Positions 34,980-45,977 of a DNA stretch of 64,000 nucleotides are shown here, in pieces (position 1 is the first letter of the stretch; every line of letters starts with the position of its first letter). Both the position numbers and the translations under genes were made by a program. A model generated the notes under the pieces. That model saw only the letters and a program-made list of their open reading frames with translations, was not told the DNA's origin and ran no database searches. The stretch lies in contig SMSO01000025.1 of NCBI GenBank assembly GCA_004764695.1, positions 5,682,862 to 5,746,861 on the forward strand, given 5' to 3'. Source of the stretch: Schizochytrium sp. TIO01. Taxonomy: Eukaryota > Protista > Bigyra: Labyrinthulomycetes.

Positions 34980-37900
34980 ATGTCTTCTGAGAAGCGGCGA
35001 AGGCCTCGGCCAGGTGGAGCTTCTAAGACCACTTCATCATCACTTAGGTTACCTGCTCTGCGTCAGCAGCAAGTGACTAGCGTAAACAATGTTGAACTTG
35101 ATGTACCTGAATGGCATCAGTCTGCCGTCGATTTCCGAGAGTTGCAACAACATCGATTACAGGAACAGCACCAGCGTAGGGTAAGACAAACAAGCGCAGC
35201 GCTTGATCGGGTCAAAATGCTGCGACGTGCAAGACTTCATCGCATGCGTGTTCTAGATAATCGCCAATTACCAGATGACTATGACAACACAGATTCAAGA
35301 ATGTCAAATCGGGGTGATGCATCAACACCTGTAAGGCAACGAAAGAAGCATCAGCCAAAGACTAATATCGACAAATCACAATCGCGCGCCCTACATTCTG
35401 CTGGGATTAAAAAGCTAGCACTTACTAAAGGCCCAAGTTTGCATTCTGATACCTATCGTGATGTTTCAGAAGTTCAAGAATACTTAAATTCTTTTCGCTC
35501 GATTGAGGTTACAGAGGATTGTATCAAGGGAAACCAGGATGGACTTGAGAAAGCCTCCCCCCTAGCGAATCCGAATAAAATCCCCGACTTCTTTCTGCAC
35601 CAAAAGCAGAAAGAGGAGCAACGTCAACAGGACAACGAACTTGGAGACAACCTGTCAGAGAGTGGTGGTGATGATGATGATGAGGAAAGAGGTAATGGTA
35701 TATTTGGTTTAACGCAAGATGTCCAGGTTGAAAACTTGCAGGCGGGAAGTGTAGCCTCTGATCGTCCCCAGCTCAGCCCTGAGCTTGGTTTGCTGGTGGT
35801 CTCAGACAGCACCGGGGATGTGCGCGTTGAAACCTGGCAACATGATAAAAATGATCAATCAAGGCAGCAAGTGCCTTTACCGGACATTTATCAAGTAGAC
35901 GTTGCGCACGCACCTGCGTATTCAAATCAAGGCAAAGCGTATCGCAAATATCGTCGTCTTGAACTCGATCGAATTGGCAAGTCAAACCTTCCCAGAGAAT
36001 CAAGTGGAGTTGTTCCAAGAATTGGGCGCACCCCTCATCTTCCTGGGAATATGGATCTTGTGACACTTGAAGTAGACGTAGTCAAAGAAATCTCCGTGCG
36101 CGAGGAATTGGTTAGTACATGTCGAAAAGCTTTTGTTGGCCTGGTGGAAAGTGTTGAGCTGATTCGAGGTCTTAAGATTCAGAGCGAAATGCTGCGTACG
36201 CTGAAGACAATTCCAGGTTTTGAGAAAACCGATTATGCAGAAGAAGCTCGGAAGGCACATCCACACGGTTATCTTGCAAAACCTCTAGATACCCCACGAA
36301 CAAGGCAGAAAAAGGTCAGAGCAACCTTAGCAGCACAAATTGCTCATCTTGGCGAACAACAAAAAGAGCTGAGTCGCGAGTTACTCGAGCTGCGGGCGTC
36401 TACTTTGAAGACAGCAAATGCTATTTACCAATGGCGCAAGTTTGTGAAAAAGGAAGAAAGGCGCTTGCAGCTTGACGCAAGCTTTCCAATTTTTGATTGG
36501 CATGGTGAAAATTATCTCACGAAGATGCAAACTGATATGAACTTCTTGAAGGGCCAAGAAGATCCGCGTTCACCATCTGCGAGCCCGAAAGCTACGAAAG
36601 CAGTAAACACATTTGCGTTAGAAGATATCCCAGGCCATCGCCAAAGCGTTCTTCCGCCTACAATTAGATTTGAAACACCGTCCCATGAGCTCGTGGGTAG
36701 GTGGATTGGATTTTCACCTCAGAATAACCCTTTGCTTTTACCACCGAAGGACCACGACCCTGTAGCGAAACTTGAAGCATGGACACAATTGGAAAACGAA
36801 AGGCAGCTTGCAGAGCATCAGGCAGATATACATAAGCAAATCTATCTCGGATTGCGATCAGGTAAAACAGCCTATGAGATTTTCATGTCCAGCAGTAGCT
36901 GTACCCAGAGTGCTGTAGAGAATATTTCCAAGAGTTCACGGGGCTTAAGAACAAGCAGTGTTCGATCGTCGATCGGAGATAGCGCTTTAAAAACAAGGAG
37001 TACCATGAGTGCGGCAACAAAATCCTCTATAGAAAGCGCTGGCTTTCCAAACTTGGAATCATCACGGTTCGTGCACGGACTTACTATCCATGTTCAAGTC
37101 ACAGGATTTGAAACCCGACGTCAAATTCCGAGCCCGCGCTCAGCGCGAGGATTTTATGAATCTACGCATGCCCAATTTTCCGGATTTGGTCGTTGTCCCA
37201 TATCCCCACGCATCGAAGTGAGCGTCATAGATCAACCGGACTTGGATGATGATGTGGCACAAGATTCGAATGACTTGCCGAGTTTGGAGAAGCTTACTCA
37301 TAAAGGGGATCGTTCAACATCGGGCAAGGCAGTCAAAACAGAATTTCCAGAAACGCGAGGCCGGGCGTTTGACTTGCGTTTAACCCCAAAAGCAACAATC
37401 GTTCCAACTGCCACCGATTCGTCGAAGATAGCCTCGTACATGTCTATTTCAAGCGCAATCCGTGAAGAATCGTCGGCCATCGAATCTTGGAAGCTCGAAA
37501 AGGCACGTGAGGTGCAAAGAAAACTTCAAGCTTATGATCCCATGGCAAACATTGATGCACGCGGTGGACGGGATCGGGCCATCTATCGTTATGTACACGA
37601 TAAGGCAAAACCTGATGAGAGGGACTCATTGCGACAGCGGGCTGAACATGCCCCCGAGCTTGCCGCAAATCGTGCCGATTTTGAACTCAATGTGTCCAGC
37701 ACGACAAACAATATCCAGGTCATAGACAAACCAGCCGTCAATACATGTCCACAGAACATCATTCATCGTAACGGAGCAAAATCGACACTGAGTTTTCAGA
37801 GCAAAATTTGTAATGTAGAAGCGCAAGTGGTTGTGCATTGTCGTGCAGAGAGAATCAAGTTGGAGCGTCAGCTTTCTAGACTCGCAGGTGTGAAACCAGA

Positions 37901-38708
37901 AGCTATGTCTACTGAAGACAAACAACTTCAACGAGATTTGCAAATGAAACTTGATATATTAAGAAGAAGCACAGCAAGTCGGTTGAGCGATCGGAAGCTT
38001 CTTGAAAAGGATAGGGAAACCGAATTAGCTGAAGCTCTAGCTCAGGAACAGGCCGAAAACGCGGCTGTGATGGTACAATCTGTCGTGAGAATGCATCATG
38101 ATCGAAAAGTCTTTCTAACATATCTTGATGATCAGGAGCATGCTCGCAAAATGACACGCGAAGAAGAACTCATGCGCAGTGTTGAAGATGTCGCAGCAAC
38201 TGCTATTCAAGTGCAATTTCGAGGTTTCCTGGGTCGCAAAATTCGCCAGCTAGATGAAGCAACTAGGCTTATGGCGGCCGAAGAACAACGCAAAATTCAA
38301 GAAGCGAAGGATGCAGAAGAGCGCAAACAAAGAGAGCTGGAGGAGCTGCAAGAACGTGGCAGACAACATCGTATATCCATGCAACAAGAAGTTGATCAGC
38401 AGATGAAACAGGCTGCACTTGATGCTGCTGAGCGTGCTCAGGCGGCTCGGATTATATCTCGTGGAATTCGCATCAGAGTGGATCATAAGAAACAAAAGCA
38501 AATAGCTGCCCGGAAACTCTTCGAGACACGACAGGATAAGGCTGCAATCCTTATTCAAGCACATATTCGGCGCATGATTGTTCGCATCCATGCTGCCACC
38601 CTGCATGCAAAAGAGCGCCAGCGAAAACGCGATGAACAAGCTCGGCGCGAGGCTCGAGAGCAATACGCGCGCATGTACACGTCTTTGAGCGACTCCAATA
38701 GGAATTAG
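34980..38708 (+). CDS. Uncharacterised 1242-aa protein with C-terminal IQ (calmodulin-binding) motifs and coiled coils
   Basis: Long ORF with IQ-like motifs AAVMVQSVVRMHHDRK, AATAIQVQFRGFLGRK and AAILIQAHIRRMIVR. Confidence 0.85.
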   Translation: MSSEKRRRPRPGGASKTTSSSLRLPALRQQQVTSVNNVELDVPEWHQSAVDFRELQQHRLQEQHQRRVRQTSAALDRVKMLRRARLHRMRVLDNRQLPDDYDNTDSRMSNRGDASTPVRQRKKHQPKTNIDKSQSRALHSAGIKKLALTKGPSLHSDTYRDVSEVQEYLNSFRSIEVTEDCIKGNQDGLEKASPLANPNKIPDFFLHQKQKEEQRQQDNELGDNLSESGGDDDDEERGNGIFGLTQDVQVENLQAGSVASDRPQLSPELGLLVVSDSTGDVRVETWQHDKNDQSRQQVPLPDIYQVDVAHAPAYSNQGKAYRKYRRLELDRIGKSNLPRESSGVVPRIGRTPHLPGNMDLVTLEVDVVKEISVREELVSTCRKAFVGLVESVELIRGLKIQSEMLRTLKTIPGFEKTDYAEEARKAHPHGYLAKPLDTPRTRQKKVRATLAAQIAHLGEQQKELSRELLELRASTLKTANAIYQWRKFVKKEERRLQLDASFPIFDWHGENYLTKMQTDMNFLKGQEDPRSPSASPKATKAVNTFALEDIPGHRQSVLPPTIRFETPSHELVGRWIGFSPQNNPLLLPPKDHDPVAKLEAWTQLENERQLAEHQADIHKQIYLGLRSGKTAYEIFMSSSSCTQSAVENISKSSRGLRTSSVRSSIGDSALKTRSTMSAATKSSIESAGFPNLESSRFVHGLTIHVQVTGFETRRQIPSPRSARGFYESTHAQFSGFGRCPISPRIEVSVIDQPDLDDDVAQDSNDLPSLEKLTHKGDRSTSGKAVKTEFPETRGRAFDLRLTPKATIVPTATDSSKIASYMSISSAIREESSAIESWKLEKAREVQRKLQAYDPMANIDARGGRDRAIYRYVHDKAKPDERDSLRQRAEHAPELAANRADFELNVSSTTNNIQVIDKPAVNTCPQNIIHRNGAKSTLSFQSKICNVEAQVVVHCRAERIKLERQLSRLAGVKPEAMSTEDKQLQRDLQMKLDILRRSTASRLSDRKLLEKDRETELAEALAQEQAENAAVMVQSVVRMHHDRKVFLTYLDDQEHARKMTREEELMRSVEDVAATAIQVQFRGFLGRKIRQLDEATRLMAAEEQRKIQEAKDAEERKQRELEELQERGRQHRISMQQEVDQQMKQAALDAAERAQAARIISRGIRIRVDHKKQKQIAARKLFETRQDKAAILIQAHIRRMIVRIHAATLHAKERQRKRDEQARREAREQYARMYTSLSDSNRN

Positions 38709-38994
38709 AAATCTTATTCAACAAGTGCGATCTAAAGCAAACAAATCACACTGGCTTGATAGTTTGTATCTTTAGTATTATTAGAGGCATATTCAGTTTT
38801 GTAATTATTTTCTTTATAAGAGGAGATTGACGCCTCACTCTGTCCTTGTCTAATTATAGAAACCTTGCATCGAAAGAATTATTTGGAAAGCCCTCGAAGG
38901 GTCTGTTTAGTGTCTTGCATATTTATAGTTTCCAGCTCAGAATTTGAAATCATGAAGAGCTTGATCTATAGTCCCTCCTTTGTCATTTGTTACA

Positions 38995-41904
38995 TTATAC
39001 AAGATCACCCTCACCTTTGCTTCCCACTGCGGTATTGTCAAGCACATCTAGAGGAGATGCAGTAGGCGGGGCTTTAAGAACAGGAATGGACGTGGCGTTA
39101 GACTGGGCATGACGAAACCTCAAAGGGCCAGCCTCGGCAAACGAGGGCGCCGCACTATTGCTAGAAGCACCTGCGCCACCTGTTGTCATTGCAATAGGCG
39201 GAAGAAGGTCAGATTCATGGGCTTCATGAATATTATCTTCATCGTCCACAAAGCTGTGAACATCATGGTCATCACCTAGGTCAGCATCCGCAAAATTCAT
39301 CCCGCGTGGTGCAGGAGAACCCACTCTTGAGTATGAGAAAAGGAACCTAGGCGAACGACGGAATCGAATGGTGTCTTTCACATGTTCCCACCAAGTTTTC
39401 ATATCGTTGCCAAAGTCCTGTGTACCAAATGCATCTAACGGGCCCTTTTCTTTATTATTAAGATGAAGCATGACCGCAACAAGTACTCCGACAATAAGCA
39501 AAACAAGCCAGCCTCCAGCACTGACTCCCAAAAGACCTCGAGAACACGGAAAGCGAGTTGGGCCAAGATCTTTACCGCCAACACATGTGTTACCACCAAC
39601 AAGGCGGTAACCATTGCTAATTGAATAGAATCCACCTTTAGGACAAATGCCAGGAAGGCCCAAAGTTTCATTTGAGACACCAGGGTCGCGGACACAAGGC
39701 CCGTGCGAAACCTCCCTGCGGAAGCCAAAGTCGCACTCGAAGTCGCGTTCAGTACATTCACAATTGCGAACAAAGCGTTTTGCTTCAAATTCTAAAGGTG
39801 TAAAACATTGCGCATGGCTTTTGCGACGAAGATAGTTGACTTCACGTCCAAGATGGCAGGATGACCCAGCCCCAAGACCTTCTGAATCACCATCTCGAGG
39901 ACTCCATAATTCGTAATCACTGTCCGGACTTTGCGGCATGTAAGCTCCAGAGCATTCTCTCTCATGGAGGCCGGAGAAGTCGAGCGTGATTAACACTCCA
40001 TGATCAAGCGTCTCATCAGTGTTACCATTAAGTGTACCAAAGACGTGGAAAATACGGTTAACCGCCGATGGTTCAACAATAATGTTGTCAACATCGATGG
40101 GGTTCTTTGTAAACTCGATTTCCATCCAGTCAACACCGTGGTTCCAAGAGTATAGCAAAGTTTTTGTGGGAACATCATCGCGAGCCATAAGGATGAGTCC
40201 GCCATGTGCGCCAATCTCATATATGTGGCTACCTTTGCGGATTTCTTTCCATGTAAGACCGCCATCAGAAGATAAATAAGTAGATTCCTCACCAGAACGT
40301 TCTGAGAGATGAGTTCCAACATTTCCAACGCCCATGATAATACCAACAGCAGCAGGGGAGCTGTAAATGGGAGAAAATTGAGCCGCATGACCATGTAGAT
40401 GAAGACCGCAATCCAAGGTGTCACAGGTGATGGGCTTGCCCGCTGCATCCTGGACAGGCGCGCGCAAAAGACTCCACTCACCACCGCGATCAAAAGAAAT
40501 CACTGATCTAACTTGCGAAGATGGACGGCGAATCTTGTTACGTGCGACTCTAGAAGAATCGCCCTGCTCCAAAGCTTGCTGACGTGCGGTTTCATAATTC
40601 TCAAGCTCATCTACATTGTGAACGTAGTTGGCAATGTAAACTCCCTCGATGCTGAGAATTCGTTCAAAGTCACACTTCCCACCGACATTACGTACGTTAT
40701 CACGTAGGGAAAAACTGTAATTACCACCTGTGCTATCGCTGACATAGACATGCCCATAGTTGGCATTATTGCCAAGATGGTTTGCATGCAGAAAAACAAC
40801 TCCAGTGTTTGAATCCAGCACAGTGAATGCTTTTTGCGTGATTTTGAAAGGCATTCGTGCTGCATAAAATGTGTCGCAGCGGTCGGCACTGAGTTGAAGG
40901 TTAACATCGGAGCGACCTTCCGAGGGAACCTGGGCGACAAAGATAAAGTGCTTAGTGAACAAGAACTTGTTTCCGCCATGCACAAGCCTTTGCTCAGATT
41001 TGAAATTATCCTCACTAACTACGAGGTGGACGTTAGCATTCCATGCACCGAATCGCTGATCTCCTGTTGTTTGGCTTGGAAAAGCAGTGCAAAGGACACT
41101 TTTGCGGTCGCGAGGAATGTATTCATGTTTGCGTGAGAACAGGTGCCACCCAGCTTCCCTGGCACTTGTTGGTGATTCGCCGGTGCTTTGTGATCTCCCA
41201 AGGCCTTGTTCGCTAGCCAAAAGACGTTCAAACCAGTCTGCTTGCACTACATACTTGCGAAGTAAGCTAAAGGTGGCACCAGAGTCCTCAGACATATAGA
41301 GTGCCTTATAGCAAACGTCTTTGCCATTTGCATCTTTACCGCTGTCCAGCGGGTTAGAACTGCTAAGTTTAGATGCTGACGGATAAAGCTTGCACTTGGG
41401 CGTATGCGCTGTCATAAGAATATGAGAATCCAATGAAGGGTGAAGAGTCAGCTCAGCAATAGGGGCTGGGCTTCGGAAAGCAGAAAAGCTAGCTCCACCG
41501 TTGTCCGAATAGTACTGTACCACTCCGTTAGAAACCAGCACAATAACTTGGGGGTTCGACGTGTGTTGTATCATGCGCCTGATTTGAACGTCTGAAAGTT
41601 GGGGACGACCTTCTGCCTTATGTGCAGCTTGAGCAAGATCATTGGCGAGATCACTAAAGGTCCTTCCATTATCCGTGCTCCGGTGTAGCCGCAGGTTATT
41701 CGATAAGACAAGAATTGTAGATTTATCTTGACCGACCCATCGCATATCATCAACAGCACCAGGGAAGTCATACATATATGTGTCAATCTGGCCAACACCA
41801 TCATCAGCTGTAGCTGTTTGAGTAGTGTACATGGCAACTAAGATGGATGCCAACAAGGAAATCCAGGTGAACCTGCCGTAACAAGCTCGAGTCAAAACGC
41901 TCAT
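38995..41904 (-). CDS. VPS10: VPS10-domain sorting receptor (sortilin-like)
   Basis: Signal peptide, Asp-box/BNR repeats (STDNGRTF, SDNGGASF, SFDRGGEW, SSDGGLTW) and the 10CC module (CECTERDFECDFGF, GYRLVGGNTC). One TM helix, then a tail with YSRV and an acidic dileucine (ESDLL). Confidence 0.95.
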   Translation of the reverse strand: MSVLTRACYGRFTWISLLASILVAMYTTQTATADDGVGQIDTYMYDFPGAVDDMRWVGQDKSTILVLSNNLRLHRSTDNGRTFSDLANDLAQAAHKAEGRPQLSDVQIRRMIQHTSNPQVIVLVSNGVVQYYSDNGGASFSAFRSPAPIAELTLHPSLDSHILMTAHTPKCKLYPSASKLSSSNPLDSGKDANGKDVCYKALYMSEDSGATFSLLRKYVVQADWFERLLASEQGLGRSQSTGESPTSAREAGWHLFSRKHEYIPRDRKSVLCTAFPSQTTGDQRFGAWNANVHLVVSEDNFKSEQRLVHGGNKFLFTKHFIFVAQVPSEGRSDVNLQLSADRCDTFYAARMPFKITQKAFTVLDSNTGVVFLHANHLGNNANYGHVYVSDSTGGNYSFSLRDNVRNVGGKCDFERILSIEGVYIANYVHNVDELENYETARQQALEQGDSSRVARNKIRRPSSQVRSVISFDRGGEWSLLRAPVQDAAGKPITCDTLDCGLHLHGHAAQFSPIYSSPAAVGIIMGVGNVGTHLSERSGEESTYLSSDGGLTWKEIRKGSHIYEIGAHGGLILMARDDVPTKTLLYSWNHGVDWMEIEFTKNPIDVDNIIVEPSAVNRIFHVFGTLNGNTDETLDHGVLITLDFSGLHERECSGAYMPQSPDSDYELWSPRDGDSEGLGAGSSCHLGREVNYLRRKSHAQCFTPLEFEAKRFVRNCECTERDFECDFGFRREVSHGPCVRDPGVSNETLGLPGICPKGGFYSISNGYRLVGGNTCVGGKDLGPTRFPCSRGLLGVSAGGWLVLLIVGVLVAVMLHLNNKEKGPLDAFGTQDFGNDMKTWWEHVKDTIRFRRSPRFLFSYSRVGSPAPRGMNFADADLGDDHDVHSFVDDEDNIHEAHESDLLPPIAMTTGGAGASSNSAAPSFAEAGPLRFRHAQSNATSIPVLKAPPTASPLDVLDNTAVGSKGEGDLV

Positions 41905-43664
41905 TTTGCGTAGTCTATGCAAGGAGGTAGCCTCGAAGTCACTCTTCTATGTTTGTCCGTGGCGATCGCACTTTCTGAGAGAGTTTACAATCGAGCTTCG
42001 CAGAGGTAGTTTATGTTTCTCTAAGGAGCAAAATCCTGATGATGAGTCACGGGTGGTGTGGATTTAAGACAGATAATACCTTGCAAGAAAGAAGCACTTG
42101 AGGTGACAAGATGATTAAGTTTCGAGTTTATCGATGTCTTTCGCAGAGCTCCTCCAGAACTCTGAACACAAAAAAAGAGCCCCACAAAAAAAGAGCTCCC
42201 GGACAAGGAGCCCGTCTTGGAAAGGCTTGCCTTTCGGGGTTTGTTTGTCAATATTTTCTTCTTTTCCTTTTTCTTCTTTAAAAATCGGAGCACTACGTAG
42301 CATTTACCTATTGATAACTAGCTCCATACCAGAGTACTTTTTAGATATTGAATTTAAAGCACATATTGGCATTATATTGTAATATACCCTCTTTCGGAAG
42401 AGCCAGGCAAGGTACTGCCTTGCCAAAAAGGGTGTAGTAAAGGAAACATTGTCGTTGTCGATATTGAGGTAAAAAGAAAATGATGGGTGTTTTCAATTTC
42501 CGAGGACCCCAGCATATCTTCATGTCCACGACATATCAAGTAGAGTACCTAGGGATTGATTACCTCAGCTGTACTCAAGAATCTTTGCGATAAACTCAAC
42601 AAGTAGAGATCTAGCTAATGCTTGTGCCAGAATTGGGAGTCGACAATGGCTCCAGGATTATAATAAATGATGGCCAAATTTCACGCACGTTTCAGAGTAT
42701 CTATAAAGCATGTATTTTCTGAAAATAATCCAAGCTCATTTTATGTTAGCAAACGTAGTATGATCCCGTTAGGATGTCAAGCCGAACAGTGTCTTTACTC
42801 TTGAAGATATGCCTGTCGAGTGAAATAAGAGCACAAGGGTGTTCTTTATTTAACCTTCACAAGCGATGTTCTATGTTTGTGTTCTTAGATGCACTTTAAA
42901 AAGCTTGGTTTTAATCGATATGAAGTCAGATGTTTTAAATTCTTCTCCTGTGGGCATTAATTTCCTTTTGCGAAGTCGCTCATTCCACAAATTCTAGATA
43001 ATTAGAAATTAGTGAAGCCACATCAACTACAAGCATCACTAAATCTTACACGACGTTGTGTTTTCAGCGAATACGCTCAAATGCATCGCATCGGTCTTGT
43101 TGTCCTTGGTGATTACCACCAAACCTTCACAGTCGTACCTAGAACCTGCTCATGAGATAGTGAGAAAGAAAGAAAGCAATGCGTCCACGGTCATCTTAGA
43201 TCTACTGCTATGGTACCTTAGTTGATACCTACCACACAAAATGTCAAAATTGTTCTTTATTTTCTTTCAAGTTCTCAAGTTGACACTATGTAGAGACTAG
43301 TAGTACTGTTCCTCGTGCTTTTCAATAGAACAATGGAGTGGATAAGTTAACAATAATTTGTTTATGTTATGATTTATAGGGCAAAGGAGAGGCTTGGTTG
43401 GTGGTGGAGTTTGAGCAAACGAAGAACTCTGCTCTCTAGAGCCCTGCCTGCACCTTCGTGAGGGCAGCTGGTTGTGTTGGTAGAGGCCGCAACTGTGTCG
43501 TTGTGGTGTCGCTGGCCTTTGGGGAGCAGCGAAGGCTGAGCTCGCGCCTTGGTTCACTAGGCGTTCTTGATAAACTTCTTCATCTTCGCTATTGCGGTCA
43601 ACGCCGCGGCGCTCCCAGTCCGTCGTTAACTTTCTAATCGACAGGTTAAACCTGTGCGAAAACC

Positions 43665-44666
43665 ATGGCCCCGAAAGACAAAAACAAATCCCGTAAAAAG
43701 GTGAACGGGGATGCTGTGAAGAAGTCAACTAAACCTGCGGACTCTGCTAGGAAAGCAGAAAAGAAGGTGCTGGTGTCTCCAGATGCGAACTGGAAAGCTC
43801 TTTTGTCCAAGGGCACGGTAGGCGACAAGCCTACTGCTGCGAAACGCAAACAACAAAAACGTGAAAGGCCAGGGTCTTCGTCTTCATCCTCCAAGTCTTC
43901 AATTGATTGGACTCGCAAACTGACCACATCCAAGGACACCCGTATGGTGGCTTTGGATTGTGAGATGGTTGGTGTTGGTGTAAAGAACGAGAGCAGGCTC
44001 GCTCGTGTGTGTGTAATCAATGAACGTGGTGAGGTGATGTTAGATAAATACTCGAAACCTATGGAAGCTATTACCGATTACCGCACGCAGTGGAGTGGTA
44101 TCAGACCGAGTGACCTCGTAAACGCACCCTCGTTCTGGGACGTCCAGGTGGAGGTGGCCGACCTGGTGCGTGGCAAAATGCTCGTGGGCCACTCGCTAAA
44201 GAGTGATTTGGAAGTGCTCATGTTGAAACATCCGCGGTCTCTGATCCGCGATACAGCTATGTACGCTCCGCTGCGCCGCGTGAACCCGAATACCGGCCGC
44301 CGGCATGCAGCTAAACTCCGTGACCTCTGCTTGCAAGAGCTCGGCAAGGTCATTCAGGATGGTGAGCATGACCCTTACGTTGATGCACGTGCGGCCCTTG
44401 AAGTCTACAAGAAACATGCAAGTGATTGGGAGAAGCGTATCCTCGACATGCGCGCTTCACGTCGTTTAATTCGTGACAAAAAGCGCAGCCGTGGCGTTCC
44501 AGATGACGAGGGCGAGACCAAGATTGTGGATATGACCACGTCGAGTTTGAAGCGCCCTCGATCTGAGTCCGTCAACTCAGAAGGCAAATCTAGCCAGTCA
44601 GGCAAGAGCAGTAGCAACGATGTGTTCTCAAATCGGACACGTCCGCGGAAACACAAGCGTGCCTGA
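43665..44666 (+). CDS. REXO4: RNA exonuclease 4 (DEDDh family)
   Basis: Motifs ALDCEMVGVG, SRLARV, DYRTQWSGIR, LVGHSLKSD, RDTA and GEHDPYVDARAAL; N-terminal NWKAL motif. Confidence 0.93.
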   Translation: MAPKDKNKSRKKVNGDAVKKSTKPADSARKAEKKVLVSPDANWKALLSKGTVGDKPTAAKRKQQKRERPGSSSSSSKSSIDWTRKLTTSKDTRMVALDCEMVGVGVKNESRLARVCVINERGEVMLDKYSKPMEAITDYRTQWSGIRPSDLVNAPSFWDVQVEVADLVRGKMLVGHSLKSDLEVLMLKHPRSLIRDTAMYAPLRRVNPNTGRRHAAKLRDLCLQELGKVIQDGEHDPYVDARAALEVYKKHASDWEKRILDMRASRRLIRDKKRSRGVPDDEGETKIVDMTTSSLKRPRSESVNSEGKSSQSGKSSSNDVFSNRTRPRKHKRA

Positions 44667-45137
44667 GTGAACTGAGAAGTAGGAGAATGTGAACAAAAAC
44701 AGACATCAAACAACGCCTATCGATAGTTTCATCTTTCAAGGCTTTATGGCAGGCACAAGCACGTTAGAATCCGTGTGTCAAGTTGACTCCAATGTTCTTG
44801 AGCGTATCAAATCACCCAACAGTAGTAAGAGGAAGTGCTCTTTGATAAAGATGAAGTATTTTTTCATGTTTTTTTAATATGCTATTTTGTATTGTTATTT
44901 TTTGTGTTATTTTTTGGTATAATTTGGACATGGGACGGGAGAAACCTAGTAGTTTTGTATCTCATTGTGGGAGGTAATGGGCTAGCCAATTTCACACTCG
45001 GCGGTTATGCTATCTCCCTATTACACTGATCGAAACTGATCAAACCAAGGCTTAAGAGCACGATGTTCGCCGCGTGAAAGAGGACGCCCTACCCATGCTT
45101 CCTCAGAATAAGGCCCTGCGTTGAGACCTGGATCAAG

Positions 45138-45977
45138 CTACAAGTGTTGCTCCACCATCGAAGAGAAAAAATAGAAACCAGTCATGATAATGCCGATCGC
45201 GTAAATACCAGCCGGCACTGATACTGCAGAGGCACAGAGGAAGACACCACCCCAGATGGACACAGTGGCACCAAGGTACTGAGGGTGCGGAACCACGCTA
45301 AATGGGAAGCCAAAGACCCAAGGTACTTGCTTGCCAAGTCGGCAACCGTAGTAAACGCCGGCTTCACCAATCGATTGATAAACACCTCCATTAAAGAGCT
45401 GGCCAAGCATAAAGAGCTCACCTGCAAGAATAAGTTGTGCATCCCCACGCGACGCAAAGAACTCAATGGTCTGCTCTGGCAGTGCCATGATGTTCTCTTT
45501 CGACATCCAAAAGTCAAAACCAAAGTACCAAACGGCGAGAGCGCACATTTGGAAGAGCTTGATGGCGTGTGCAGCAAGTGCAAAGACCTCGAATGGCTCA
45601 CCAAAGGGCTTGAAAATTTTGTAGAATACGCTCGCGTTAGTCCACACGAACAGGTAAAACACGTGCGGTGTCGAGAGTGCCGCTACGATGTACCAGAACC
45701 TCGGGTCGTCCAAGAAGGTACGTTCATTGGCAGCTTCTTCAAGACGCAGGTCTTGGACGAGGCTACGTCCGATGTCTTGCGGACTTGCCTTAGACATGGC
45801 CATGTATATCGCCCAAGGTGCTGCGAGGATGAGTAGAATCAAGCCTTGCAGTTTGCGATCCGTGTGCGGTCCCTTGGCAACTTCATTCTTGCTTGTGGTT
45901 GTCTCTACTGCGTCTTCGCCTCCTTTCACAGGCCTGCTATCCTTGTTGGCCACGTTCTTGCGCTGGGTCACCGCCAT
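45138..45977 (-). CDS. PLMT: Phospholipid N-methyltransferase (PEMT family, plant PLMT-like)
   Basis: Multi-TM protein with GQLFNGGVYQSIGEAGVYYGCRLGKQVPWVFGFPFSVVPHPQYLG; ATG at 45977. Confidence 0.9.
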   Translation of the reverse strand: MAVTQRKNVANKDSRPVKGGEDAVETTTSKNEVAKGPHTDRKLQGLILLILAAPWAIYMAMSKASPQDIGRSLVQDLRLEEAANERTFLDDPRFWYIVAALSTPHVFYLFVWTNASVFYKIFKPFGEPFEVFALAAHAIKLFQMCALAVWYFGFDFWMSKENIMALPEQTIEFFASRGDAQLILAGELFMLGQLFNGGVYQSIGEAGVYYGCRLGKQVPWVFGFPFSVVPHPQYLGATVSIWGGVFLCASAVSVPAGIYAIGIIMTGFYFFSSMVEQHL

